The position numbers and the translations under genes are program-made. A DNA stretch of 62,278 nt, counting the filler, from Choristocarpus tenellus KU-1152 (Eukaryota; Protista; Phaeophyceae): the NCBI GenBank assembly GCA_964200185.2. It is 10 parts of 10 records of this genome, joined end to end, with 100 filler letters (N's around TTAATTAATTAA, not from the genome) between each part and the next. Parts side by side here need not be neighbours in the genome. Positions count along the whole stretch, not along the records: positions 20,995 to 25,234 come from CAXNAD020015529.1; positions 25,335 to 35,329 come from CAXNAD020003220.1; positions 35,430 to 39,825 come from CAXNAD020014747.1; 7 more parts are not named here. One strand, written 5' to 3'. The stretch's first letter is position 1; every line of letters starts with the position of its first letter. Of the stretch, positions 24,008-37,072 are shown in pieces. The notes below the pieces were generated by a model. It was not told the origin of the DNA. It ran no database searches and saw only the letters and a program-made list of their open reading frames with translations.

Positions 24008-25354
24008 TGGAGTGTTGTCGTTGTTCCATGATCGCCTGATGACTCTTCTGATCTACCAAGTTGTTACCGAGTTTCCTTTGTTTGGTTCATCATCAGTCAG
24101 CCCATTGTTGATCTTTTCGTTGTTGATCTTTTCGTTGTTGATCTTTTTTATCCCTCGTGGTCTTTCGGTTGAAAGCAACATGTTGCTCACTACTGCCTGC
24201 CGCGTGTGTCCCACGACCGCTTCCCACCTACCCCTTCCCCCGTTCGCCCACTGCGATGTGTTACAAGTCCTACAACTTGCCCGAGAAAATAGATAAATGC
24301 AGATCGGCGTATCTCAAAGGGGCGGGGGGGGGGGGGAAGATCACAACAAACGATATCTCGGGCACAATTGAGATATTCATACAAAGAGGTTGATCATCAT
24401 ATAATATCAATACTTATATGCGCTCAGTGGTAGCTTCTGTCAGAATATTATCATCATTGTCATCCCAACAATGTGGACCTGCACCTTCGACACAAATGGA
24501 AGCTGGAGGCTGAGGAGACATGAGATATGGTACGATCAATAACAAGCAAGAACTGGAGGTCAAGAAGATACTTTGGGTACCTGGTACGCCATGCCGAATA
24601 TTGAGCAGTGGGACCCTGGGACAAGACGACAGAGTTATTCGAGGCAGTGCAGCCGGAGCTGCAATCCTGAGCCTGAGCCTGAGCCTGAGCCACAAGAATC
24701 TGCCTATGGACCTAGAACAGTCGTCACGACACTTGTCCCTGAAGGAGGAACGCCCATCGATTGGAGACCCCAAGATTCTTGCTTACGGAATGAGAAACGT
24801 AATTCCTGTATCCACCACTAGGGGAGCAGGACATTAGCAGGAGCAGTAACTAAGCCTCCACCAGAAAGGAAAGGAGGAGCTAACCGTGGGGAGCCTGGGA
24901 GCACTCTAGCCGCTGGGACCATAAACTCATGGAAAAGAACACAGAAGGTCAGTGGAAGAGGCGGTCAAGGTACAACTGGTCAACGTACGGACCATATTAC
25001 AACAAGATCTCCTACCAGAGACGAGATCAGGACCAACAGAAGAAGTTTAAACTGTGGACTGATCAAGCGTATTGATCCTTGTTCTTTTGAAGGAATATGC
25101 TGCAACGGTGGAGGTAAAGGAAACCTTCAGATCGTTTGCTGCCAGAGGAGAGCGACACCATCTTAACAGGCGGAGGAATTATGTTCGATTAGACTCTTCC
25201 AACTCTATCGGACAGATACGGTAAAATATGTATGNNNNNNNNNNNNNNNNNNNNNNNNNNNNNNNNNNNNNNNNNNNNTTAATTAATTAANNNNNNNNNN
25301 NNNNNNNNNNNNNNNNNNNNNNNNNNNNNNNNNNGTGTCTTCATCGGCGGCGAG

Positions 25355-25538
25355 CGGGGGGGGGCGGATGGGGGGACGGTGGAGATCTTCGCCAGGGTGT
25401 CCATTTGGGTCAAAACCAGGAAACGTACATTTACATTATCCATCCGACGTATGCAACCAAATCACCCCAAAAAATTGCGACATGGAAAGAATGGGCCCCA
25501 AATGGACACCCGCCACCCTCCCCCAGATCCTTTGAGCC
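25355..25538 (+). mobile_element. MITE family B copy at contig start
   Basis: CAGGGTGTCCATTTGGG...GCAACCAAATCACCCCAAAA...CCCCAGATCCTTTGAGCC. Confidence 0.85.
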
Positions 25539-25721
25539 AAATACTCTAGAGCCTCCTCACCACTGTGTCACAAGCCGAAGTAAGTGGTGCAGTAAACACC
25601 CAGCTGACAACCCTGCTTGTACCTACATATCAATAACATCTTCCCCATTTATTACACTTAGCATGGCTCTAGTACACCCACTCAACCCTTGATGGCCAGT
25701 ATCATGTATTCCTGAGCACAC

Positions 25722-28700
25722 CTGCCTCTCTCCTGTTGATCCTGGCAGGCTGTATTCTCCAGGTCCAACGTCAGCAGTTATTTGCATGAGCAGGTCTGGC
25801 CGGTTACCAGTCCCGAAACCTACTCCATTGTGACTTCTCTTTGTTGAGAGCACCTGCAATTCAGAAGTGACCGGGTGAAGCACAGGCGGGTAGCAATGAG
25901 TCAAAGTATCTTAGAGGGTAGGGCCGCGTCCATTTGGGGGCCGAAATCCAATGTTGCGATTTCCATGTCATTTTATCCGTCGTATTTGTTAGAAAGTGTC
26001 AATATCCTTGTTCCGGACAAACCATTTCATAACATATACATATTACCTACTCCAGAACATTTCGGAGCAGGAAAAATATTTCAAAAACCCCATGGGAAGC
26101 CAAGCCCCAAATGGACAAACAGGGCAAAACCCGTACCCTCTAAGATACTTTCACTCAATATGAGGAGAGGTGCAGTCCATTAGGTGACACATATGCTCAA
26201 AGTGAGTGGGTAACGGCATAGTCAGGTACTTCCAACATAACTGATTCGTAGGGGTTAGTGCATGTATTGTTGGGTAGCATGTTGCCATTGAAGAACTTCC
26301 CAAAGATGCGAAAAATTGGAGGAAGTATGTATTGGGAGCCCCTGCTATACCATGACCATAGGTGAACTACATCTCTCTCGGAAATATACACGACAGGAAC
26401 ATTTTGCTCGGTTTTGGGGATGTGGGCATGGGTTGGGACAAATATGATCACATCACGGTGGTATTTCTTGCTAGTCGTAACTAGCCCTTTTCAGTGCTTC
26501 CTCCTATTGCTCAGAGTACAGTTCCACTGGAGGATTGTTTGTTATGCCTTGGGAAGGCGTGGTATGAAAATGGTGCTTGGTTGTCTCTTTCGTTTTCCTC
26601 GCTCATGATTGAAAGTATCTTAGAGGGTACGATTTTTTCCCTGTTTGTCCATTTGGGACTTGGCTTCCCATGTTTTTTTTAATGACATTTACCTACTCCA
26701 AAATGTTTCGGAGTAGGTAAAATGTATATACGTTATGAAAAGTTGTGTCCGGAACATGGATATTGACACTTCCCAACAAACACTATGACCAAAATTACAT
26801 CAAAATCGAAACATTGGATTTTGGCCCCAAATGGACACGGCCCTACTCTCTAAGACACTTTGACTCCATAATTGAATTTTTATATTTTGTTCATGAGATC
26901 CAGCAGCTAATGATCTTATGCTACGGTTTCCATGCCCAGTCCTTTCGAATGCACCCCCCACAGGATTCAATATCCCTTTGTTGAAACCCTCTAGAGAATG
27001 CAGAAGAAAATTGGAGATGCGGGGATGCTTTCAAGGAGTGTTGTTGTGTAAAATAGTGAAACCGCTCAAAATAAAATAAATATACTAGGTACAAAAAGTG
27101 ATCGTGCTATGTTGGGCTAGCCTCTATTGTGACCTCAATGGTACAGAAGTGCGACATCGTAAGTACTGCTGCCGCACTTCAAAGTACAAAGTATTCAAAG
27201 TACAAAGTATTCAAAGTACAGAGTATTCAACAAGTTGCACAGGTGTCCCCACAGGTGCTGACCTTGGCACCCTAGGAAAAACACTTCACTTCCCCCTGCT
27301 TTGAATCTAATTGCTGATGTCTCATTAAAACTTGCTTTTCGTGCAGGCAGCACAGGATACAGACACAACTCGACAATTTGAAGAAGGTCCACACATCCCA
27401 ATTGGTGTACCTGCTTCCCTACAGCAGTTGGCAATCTGTAGTGTCCTGGTCCAGGAGATCGGTGCTGTTTATCCCTGGTCTGAGGTCCAGGGTCCTTGGG
27501 AAAGGAGTACTGTGCATAAATGGGTACGAAAGTGGGGTTGGAGGAAAGAGGCAAAATATGCCCGAGTCATTTGGTATCAAGGGAAACAGCAAGGCAAGCT
27601 TGGCTTGCTTATGACCCAAAGTATCTGGTGGAGAGGGGGGGGGTCTACACCAGGGTGTCCATTTGGACCACAATCAGAAAAAATTGCATTTACATTATCC
27701 ATTAGACGTAAGCAACCAAATCACCCAAAAAAGGTGATATGAAAAAATTGACCCCAAATGGACAGCCGCCACCCCCCCCCCAGATACTTTGAGCCTATCT
27801 TCACCTGGGATAGCTCCCCGCACCCTTACAGACCAGGCTATTTTACACTGCATTCCAGGAAAAAGGGTATCACAAATAAAAGAAAAGAATGAAACAGTTC
27901 TTGTTCAGTGTTCTGCACACACGAGTGCTATAAAACCCCCACACCGAAGTAGTATGATGTGTATACCTGCCTCAAACATACACCCAACAGCAAACCAAAA
28001 CTTCAATATGATGCTATTATTATTGTCATTACGGCATCACAACTATTGCACCTGTGTTGTCACACTTTCACAGCTGAACCTCAATAGACATGCGATCAGA
28101 AACATAGCACAAAAAGAGGGAGACATAGCAGGTAAGTAGGGCTGAATATTATATTAATAGCACCATTGAAGTACTACATAAAATAAATAAACAAAACAAG
28201 GGAAATAAAAGAGAGGCAGGCAGAGGGGGGGGGGAGGGGGGGAACAAATTGAGTACCCTAACCTGTATTTGGGTAAGAGTAGATCAGTTGCTACCAATAA
28301 TTCATCGACAAAGTTCAGAAAAAGGCCTGGAAGCACACAGGACAACTGATATTCCACGTTAAAACTTGTCTGTGCCCAATAAGACGATACTGGTGGGAGA
28401 GTGCCAATGACAGTTGACTATAGACACAAGTTGTATGATTCAGAAGCGTAGCAGGGTATTCCCAGCTATGCCGTCTTATTCATAAGTCGTACACTCTGTA
28501 GCAGTTTCACCGTTTTTATTCATAAAAAAAAAAATGTGCGCAGTGAAATCGTATTGATATGACCTATGGCTGGTCTGGACATGGACAGCAGGCAAGCCCT
28601 ACAATGTTTCACCAGTAGAAAAAGGATCAAATGGTGGAGGCCAGTGGATCACTATGGGTGTTGTGAACCTTCACGATTGAATCACTGTGGTTCGATTAAA

Positions 28701-29633
28701 TTACAACTAGTCGAAAACCAAAACAGAGGGGGGATTTTTGATTGGTAATTTTCCGCGCAATTGCGTGCTGCACTCTTTGCACCCCTCCATTCGTGGTCAG
28801 CATATATATTGTATGTATATGAGTGAAAGTATCTTAGAGGGTACGAGTTATTCCCTCTTTGTCCACGGGTTTTTAATGACACTTTCCCTACTCCAAAATG
28901 TTTCAGAGTAGGTAAAATGTGTATGTTATGAAAAAGTGCGTCCGGAACAAGGATATTGACATTCTCTAACAAACATGATAGCCAAAATTACATCAAATTT
29001 GTAACATTGGATTTTGCCTCCCAAATGGACGCGGCTCTACCCTCTAGGAAAATTTGACTCAAATTATGCTTTGATGATAATCAAGCAAATCGATTCCTTT
29101 TCTAGTCAGTTTGTTTCCTACTCTTTCATGTTTTCGATTCACAAAACATTAGTCAGTGCTTTTGTCCTTCCAGAAAAAGAACCCGTCAACTTCTACCGTC
29201 ATCTGAACTGCCCAGTGCATCGTTGTCCTTTAGCATGATAGGGACTGACTTCTCCCATCAAACATGGCATCTCCGTATATGCATCATGACCAAAACCTTT
29301 TACTCTGAAGGTCCGATTGTTCCTATAACTAGTAGATCGACCTTTGTCTTGCTCCATCCCTTACCCCTTTTATATTTCATTTAGAGTCCAAACTCTCCAG
29401 GAGTATGTCACTTGTAATGGCAAGGAGTCAGTCTCCTTCCACCATGCAACAGGACAATCAGTGCCTCAGCGAGTACTCAGGAGGTCTAACAGATCTTGGT
29501 GTTCTTTGGCAATATACAAGTACTACGTGGTGCCGAAATTGCTTGCCTTTGGAGCACACTGCTCAAGAGGATTCACCACCCTCAGCTTGTAATGGCCTGG
29601 ACCAGGCTCCATCTGTGCAGTGCGGTCAATTGC
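25722..29633 (-). CDS. ODF3/SHIPPO-1-repeat (PGPGxY) flagellar-type protein, partial (exons about 29633-29577, 27509-27411, 25853-25722; others unresolved)
   Basis: MEPGPGHYKL, YSFPK...SPGPGHYRLPTAVGKQ, VLSTKRS..GFGTGNR...VGPGEYSLP; each a phase-0 exon bounded by AG/GT. Confidence 0.85.
25898..26156 (+). mobile_element. MITE family A, copy 3 (intronic)
   Basis: GAGTCAAAGTATCTTAGAGGGTA...TACCCTCTAAGATACTTTCACTC, TSD AAT/AAT. Confidence 0.93.
26607..26866 (-). mobile_element. MITE family A, copy 4 (intronic)
   Basis: GATTGAAAGTATCTTAGAGGGTA...CTCTAAGACACTTTGACTC, TSD CAT/CAT. Confidence 0.92.
27613..27795 (+). mobile_element. MITE family B, full copy (intronic)
   Basis: GACCCAAAGTATCTGG...CCAGATACTTTGAGCC, TSD TAT/TAT. 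Confidence 0.9.
28821..29060 (-). mobile_element. MITE family A, copy 5 (small internal deletion)
   Basis: GAGTGAAAGTATCTTAGAGGGTA...TTTGACTC; flanks TAT/AAA do not match. Confidence 0.88.
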
Positions 29634-32600
29634 CTGTGCCCACAGAAGGAGTTAAAAAAATTGACACCAAGCGGAAAGTCACGTGGAGCAGGTTGTGGGG
29701 TCTATGTGGGGAATGTTGATGTGAAGAAAGGCGGGAGTGGAATGAAAAAGCAAGAGGAAACAGAAAGACAAGGTGTGTAGGGGTCACCACTTTAGTCAAT
29801 GTAGTAACTCAGAAGTGATATCAATATCAACCATTGCATATTGATCGGTACAGGGTATGGTCGCAGGGTTTTGACCAATACCAGATGGGAAGATATAACA
29901 ACGGACATTGACTTGAACCGCTGTAGTCCCCGTTTATTTGGGATAGGAGTGACACCATGGTTGGATTCTACACGCTGTAGGAACATACAGGTTACCCACA
30001 GAAGCGCCCCATATGCAGTCCATACAAATGGATCAGCGTATAATTCAAATCGTAAGTGTGCCGTACAATGAACGAACATCAAGATTCAATTACGCTGCTT
30101 CTCACGTTCAAGAAGATTATAGTGACCACTACAAACACCAGTCTTGAGGGTATTTGTACTGGAGTCAGCAATGCACAAATTAACTAGTTGCAGGATGGTC
30201 AAAGGAGAAGGGAGGTAATGGACAATTAAGGAAAGAACCAACAGGCCCCAAAAGACAAAAAGGAGAGGTGCTATCATAGGTTAGGGTCATCCCATATCAA
30301 AAGTCAACTCGGTGGGGCTGATGTGGAATGCGAGTACTAGCAATCGCCAGTCACCTTTAGGTCAGGGGAACCAAACTTTTCGCGGCCCCGCATGGTGAAG
30401 CTAGGGGGCGATCTTATCTGGCTGCTTGGGTTCACAAACCTTTGACATGGAATTTGCAATTGCCAACATTGGAAGAGTGGAAGGATCCAGGTAAGATATA
30501 AGTGATCGTCAAAGGAGCCTTAGATCTGAGAGATAGATGGTCAAAGGATGGATGCATCCACACTATTTTCGTCATGCTATCTGGACATGACATTCATAAC
30601 TTGAGACGGGTTCCAAGTGAAAAAAAAAGGAGTTGAGATAGGTGCCTCAGGGAAACTAACAAGGGGGATTCTTTCTTGGGACTGGGAGGACATCAAGTCA
30701 TTCCCACGGCCAGTTCCCTTTTGTAGCAATCTTTGCTATGACTATGTGAATATCAATTCCCGTAGGCTACAAATCTCACATGGTTGACTTGACCTTGTAC
30801 GCCCCTGGGCCAGGAGACTCTGCACCCCCCTCCAATAACGGGGAGCGTCCTGAAGTGCCGAACCCAATCTGTTAGTGGTAGGACGACAGTGTCTTGGTTC
30901 GGAGTTAAGGCGGAAGGCACCCTCAATGGTCTACTCAAGAGATGTTGAGGATAGTTGTTGATGCCGATTTGATGACCACGTACGCCCTAACCCAAATTCG
31001 TGACTGTCAAATTCACTATGGTGGAAGGCTTCATCTCCTGTTAAACTATCGTAATGCTAGTGAATCAAATTTCTCAGATAAACCCGGATCTAGGTTCTAC
31101 CTTCTCTATCTCCAGTAGCTTGGTCATAGCCCGCCCGTCCGTGAATGACAACATTGAAGGGGACGTACTTCTGTTCTCAACATTTGACCTGGCGACTGCC
31201 AGGTCTTAGTTTGCACAATGTTTACATCTAACGTTCTCTTCGTCTCACCTTAGGGGCACTCTGCACAGTGTTGTTGTAGCTGTCGATTAGGGTACGCCTT
31301 ATGCTAAGTTTGTCAGGCGTCTTTGATGTATCAAGCCCCCCTTCAAAGCTGACAGGTGAGAGGTTATGAGTACACAATAGAAAATAGAATTTTGTTGCAA
31401 ACATAGCAAGAGAGATGTAAAACAAAGTAAGCTACCGTGGATCATTAGAGCAATGAGCAGAAGGGAGTTTCTGTTGGGGCAAGTGCCTGGGGTACCTGCT
31501 GTGAAAAACGTTTTCTTGGCTCGATATGCTCGTCATGACTGCCCTTATTGCACCTTTCTCTAGGTCACAGTAGGAAGACAATGCTGGTGTATGTGTTTAT
31601 GTGTGAGTGTGTGCGTGTCATTCAATACAATTTGCTGCAGAGAGAATCAAGTGCTCTCCTCAACCGCTAGCTTTTGCCCTGTCGTCCTCGCGCCTGGCCC
31701 CATAGTCACACCAATGTCACTATTGCATGAAATACTTCTACTATCACTGGAATTTCCCTCATGTCAACGGTTTCAGTCGTTTCGTTGTTCCTTCAATTGG
31801 AGAGTAAACGGAAATACAAGCCGAAACATGCTCAGTCCTGGCCTGGACAAAGTTATATACGACTGGGTAGGAATACTTGCAGTGTTACGATAGCTCATCC
31901 CAAAGGCTCACGGAATAAAATTGATGTAGGTTGGGTCTCTGTGGACGCATACTGTGTTTTCGTGAAGGAGAAGGCGGAATGGGTGACGATAACTGCTCGG
32001 CCTCAGAGCTCCGACGCCGGTATCATATGGGAGGAGCTATCAAGGACGACAACTTAACGGCTCCTCAGCTCAGATCTCGCTACGGCATTAAGAGCAACTC
32101 TATTGGTGAGACGTATATGAAGCCGATACCGGTAGTCCTTTTTTGTCCTCTGTCCAAACCCCAAGGGTGTTGGAGTTCGACCTTCCTTGCGTAGATCATG
32201 GATATTCGACGGAATCTGACCTAAGTGGCAAAGGAGTAGTCATCAAATGTACTTTAAGCCATGAAACTCTTTAAGATCTAACTGTGAGATATATCCTCGA
32301 CTTTCGTTCTGCCGCCTTCTTCCTTGCTCCACTACCAACGGTGAAGAGTGGAGTACCAAGCACGACAGAATCAGGAAGAAGGATGAGTTGTCCAAATTGC
32401 GGTTGATGGTCGCTATTCTAGCTGTACTTTGCGCCCTCTACATCTATAAGTGCATATCAGCTGTGCCTGGCCAACGAAGGGCTGAAACTGATTCCCCGGG
32501 ATTAGATCACTTCTAGCACAGGACTGATGGACAAGATCCTATCATTTGACCTTGGTACGCCTTGACACTATAGAGCTGTCATTGTTTTGGACCATCTATA

Positions 32601-32999
32601 TTTCTTGCGTAAATATTGCAGAACTTGCTTCAATACGTTAGTGAGGGGTTAATGCACACGCACACGGTTGGTGTAGAGCACACGTTGAGAGTCCAGCACA
32701 CAGCTGAGAACCACCACTGAAAGTATATATATATAGATTACTCCACTCCAAGAGCACCATGCTGTGCATGTTGAGCACCTTGCATCAGTGATACCTGCTT
32801 CAGCAGGAAGAGCTGTACAGATCACATGCCAACAGTGAAGGAAGATGGGTTTTTGCCTGCTGGCGTTCAGTCACATACCATATACGACTTATCTATGGCG
32901 GAGGGTCACAATTCGCAGATGAAAGCATACATATATTTTTTTGTGGATAAAGCAGATATATATCGAAGTGATTGAGACATCATTTTGCATGTTAAACCT

Positions 33000-35326
33000 T
33001 ATTCAGCAACACGACCTCGTGCCGTACTCTTCATCTGCCTTCCTGCAGCACTCCCATGGATTCATACTTTCATCCTTCAGGATATGCCCTGATGTCCCCT
33101 TGTATGGGCTTGATGGAAGATAAGACATCTTGCTAGACGAAAATATACTTAGAGTTGTCATCACTGTGATGTAAGCACAATTCACCTTTTTGAAACAGAT
33201 ATTCTACAGCAATCAACCTTCAGACAAGGCAAGTGTCCCACCCCCTCGTCGAATTGCAGAGATAAGGGACCGTATCTCCCCAGTTAGGTGCATCCTGGCC
33301 TTTGTGTCAGAATCAGTTTTGCGTTTCATTTTGGCAAAGTTGGTAAAGTCATAGCGCTTACTAGGCACTAGTCCTAGGTTTCTTTCTCGACCCTGACTGT
33401 GACCGAGTGTTGTAACTGCCTCGTTAGGCACCCCTCCCATGTCTGTCTGTGCCCTTGGTCGACCGCACACTATGCAGAGGACTTGGGAGAAGTAGTTATA
33501 TTTGTTGCAGATGGTACATACCCAATCTGGCCTTTGCTTCTCTGTCAGGCTATCGTTTGATACTTCTGACCCCTCGTTCACCATATGATCAATTCCTGTA
33601 GGGGTCTCCATGCACTCTCTGCTGTTGTCCCTGGGTCTAAAGCGAATATTCTTTCGGTTACCAGTGTGTGGGACAACCATGTTGTCACCTGGGAGGGATG
33701 TTTCCCCTCTCCTTGCCTCCCCTCCACTAAACGTCTCTCGTCTATTGCTCTGGTTCCTGACCAGAATCGGTTGTCTTTGTTCTGGGTGCACTGGCACAGC
33801 CTCCTCCACAGCAGAATGCCCAATAACCTGTTGGCCATCACTACCTTTTCTGAGTAATGGGAGGGCAACTTTCACCTCTCTGACTGCAGTAGTAGGGAAG
33901 AACCTTGCCTTAAGGTTGTCCTCCTGGATATGCTTGCCTGCACTCAAACAATTATCTTCAACCCCCCTTGACTGCATGGGACTTCCCTTCTCATCTTCCT
34001 TTCCAAAGCTTTGATAGGAAGTGCTGAGTACTTCTCCTGAATCGCTACACTCCACTCCTCCAGGAAGAAGACAGTTTGATGTCAGCTCTTCGTCTTGTAG
34101 TCCTATGGTAGCTAGGAAGTCGATTTTCCTAGCTACTTCCCTTCGTAGCCGGTGCACCACTGGTGATGGCGGAAGAGGATCTAGAATCCCACAAAGATAC
34201 CTGTTACCCACTCATCAACAGGGTGAAATTTTGGGAAGAGGACAGGAGCAGGTACTTTGGGAGTAGGGAAAGGGTGTTTTGCATCTAATGACACAATATT
34301 ATTCTAGCATGGTAAACTATGGCAGCAACCTCTACCTCTGCACATTCCTAGGTCAACAAATATAATAAAGTGGCACAAGAGACAGGAGCAGGATGGACAA
34401 TTGTTCACTTAAGTTAATCCCCAAAAGCTTACTTATCGGAGAGGTGGGCAGCAAAGTCCGATCTGGCGAGGAACGGCAAGTCCAGTCCACCGGTAGATAT
34501 CCAATGCTTTACTTCGATATTGAACTTGTCAAATGCCTTGTTGGCCACAGTAGTATCGTTTTCAATATCTGGAGGCAGATGAAGAGAGTAAGGGGGAGGG
34601 AAAATGCAGTGCATAACTACTACTACTGCTACTACTACTACTACTATGAGGCATAGATTTTACACAGTTACCACCAATACAAGAAGGATACCCAAAGTAG
34701 AATGGTTCAGATTCAGATCTGGTGGTGAGGAGGACAACCAAAAAGAAGATAGAATGGTGGAATGAACCATCTTAGAACCAGGGATAGGAATGGGTTTGGG
34801 ACACGGATTCCTTGACCAATCAAGTAGCATGTCCTGTCGAGGCTGGCCTTACACTCGGAAGCTCTCAAAGTGGAATCTCCTGTTGGTTTCAGGGAGTTGG
34901 GCCCTGGGATTATTCTGGCTTCTCAGTTTATAGGCACAGCTACACACACATTGCTTTTGATGGGCGGTTGTGAAATTCTTGCACATCAGAAAGGAAAAAT
35001 TGAATGGAAAATAGTGCCCTGGAGGAAGAGCATCTAGAGATTACCTCTCCCTCCTATGTTTCTGCAATTCAATCTTTTCAATAGGGTGTCAATTCATTCA
35101 ACAGGGTGACAAGGTTATCAAGAACATCTCTTTACATTGCTCCTTGACCCTCTTGCTCCCCAGAGTTGTATAATTCCCTCCCCCAACTAGCACTCGCACA
35201 ATCAGTTGTGTCAAGAATGGCATGTACGAACTGTATTTCATGGTGATTTTCCCCCCCTACTACTGCTAGGGCCCCCACCCTTGCATCAATCTCCCCTTGC
35301 TCGTTACGTGCATCTAATTTTCCCAA
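33000..35326 (-). CDS. Hypothetical multi-exon protein with a RanBP2-type zinc finger (large exon about 34200-33218)
   Basis: 332-aa ORF containing DWVCTICNKYNYFSQVLCIVCGRPR (W-x-C-x2-C-x3-N-x6-C-x2-C), bounded by CAG|...|GT; further exon-like ORFs near 34430-34570, 35132-35326 and 33003-33120. Confidence 0.7.
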
Positions 35327-35575
35327 TACNNNNNNNNNNNNNNNNNNNNNNNNNNNNNNNNNNNNNNNNNNNNTTAATTAATTAANNNNNNNNNNNNNNN
35401 NNNNNNNNNNNNNNNNNNNNNNNNNNNNNGGCAGCGGGGTTATTTAATCGCAAGCCTGCGTCCCTCGTCAATGAATCGGTTTAGACAGAAAGCCAAATCG
35501 ATACCATCAACACGGTTGCGTGTCCACCCTTTGGCATGCCTAGGTAGGTGCCAACCTGGTTCTCAAGAACAGGCA

Positions 35576-35617
<42 letters not shown>

Positions 35618-36719
35618 TCGACAATGGTACATGTCCGGTCTCCTCGAATCTTACGTGTTCGGTGCTTTCTTTTTTTTGTGTATTGTTGTTTCTGCTTTTT
35701 TCTCAATCAGAATGATTGGACAGGGGAAAGAAAAAATAAAACGTGAATACGGCGGTACGATAGGAAGCGATAATGATTTTGTATACCTTTTTTTTTAACG
35801 GCGACTTGCGCGGTTGTCCTCGCGCGGTTGGTTGGGGAAATATGTATACATGTAAAATTTGGGAAATAAAACATTTTCCTTTTTATTGTTGTGAAAGATA
35901 TATATATATATATATATATGTAGAGAGAGAGAGAGAGAGAGAGAGAGTACTTATCTGGTTTTGATGTGTCCAGTGACATGACCTTCAGGTGAGTAAGATA
36001 AGGTCAAGCTGTTGACATTTCTGTCCCACGGTTGGAGGTGAACCGATAGCAATCATGAGAGTACTCTTTGCATTTCCACTTCAGTGTTAGGGGTCTGAGC
36101 CCGGGGGGGGGGCTATGAACAAGAACATGAATTCGCTTGTTGTGCTTCCAACTTCTCGAGGCAATTACGAAGGTAGTAACATCTCGCTTCCAGTGCAGTA
36201 TTTTAACGGCCTTTTGATTGCTGAATCTGATGCTCGAGTTTAGTAAGATGTAGTCACACAACCTGAACTCCTGTTGTTCAATTAACAGTGGGTCCCTAGT
36301 ATATTTCTATGCTTGAATTTGGAATAGGTTTACGCTCATGTGTTGTGTGGCCCCTTTAGTGCATTGGGGGTTTTTGTGACAAGTACAGAAAACGGAGGAA
36401 GATAACGCCTTCGTTTCTCATGAGCGCTTGCACCCCTCTGTGGGCGGAAGGGTCTTCCAGTTGTCCGTTCTGTTACAGCTTCTGGAGGCAGCGTCCTGTG
36501 CCTAGGAAAACGTGTTGATATGAGCGCAATTTGGTCTGTGTTGTGGTGAAAACCAACTCACCACATCCCCACAGGTTGCGCACGCTTTGAATATAGTCAA
36601 GGGATCAAATGCTTACGTCTTGAAGCGGAGAGAGTCAACCCTTTCCGCCTTGCAGCTCCTGTTGCCGAGCCTCCATCAAGTATCTGTCTCGCTTCATCAG
36701 CACATGATTTAGCTCTTAC

Positions 36720-36753
<34 letters not shown>

Positions 36754-36898
36754 CACACTTCAAAATAGTCACAAACAAGCATGCATGTATTTGTATGAGT
36801 GTCCGTGTGTGCGCGCGCACTCCTGCTTGTACCCTTCCACAACAAGCCCTCTTGTCTCTTGTCTTCATCGTCTCTCTGTGTGCCGCCTGGCCTCACAG

Positions 36899-37072
36899 GT
36901 CCTTATACTCAAGGGTCCGGACATGGGACGCACGGGACGCGTGATTGGGATCATCCAGAGTCGTAAGGAGGGCATAGTGAGGTTGGATGGAACAGGCACC
37001 AGGGAAGTGCGGATAGTGGAGCTCGAAGATATTGCCAGGCAGAAGCAAGATCCTGTCGAAAAGAAGAAATAA
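36899..37072 (+). CDS. Terminal exon with a KOW domain, SPT5 C-terminus-like
   Basis: Pyrimidine tract + CAG| then VLILKGPDMGRTGRVIGII..RKEGIVRLDG...EVRIVELEDIAR...*; GPKOW or KIN17 not excluded. Confidence 0.7.
   Translation, partial: VLILKGPDMGRTGRVIGIIQSRKEGIVRLDGTGTREVRIVELEDIARQKQDPVEKKK

Noticed and set aside
24520-24837. Chromodomain-like start (ELEVKKILW) and PEPEPE tract
   Set aside because: The rest of the chromodomain pattern is absent and the PE repeat derives from a CCTGAG microsatellite.
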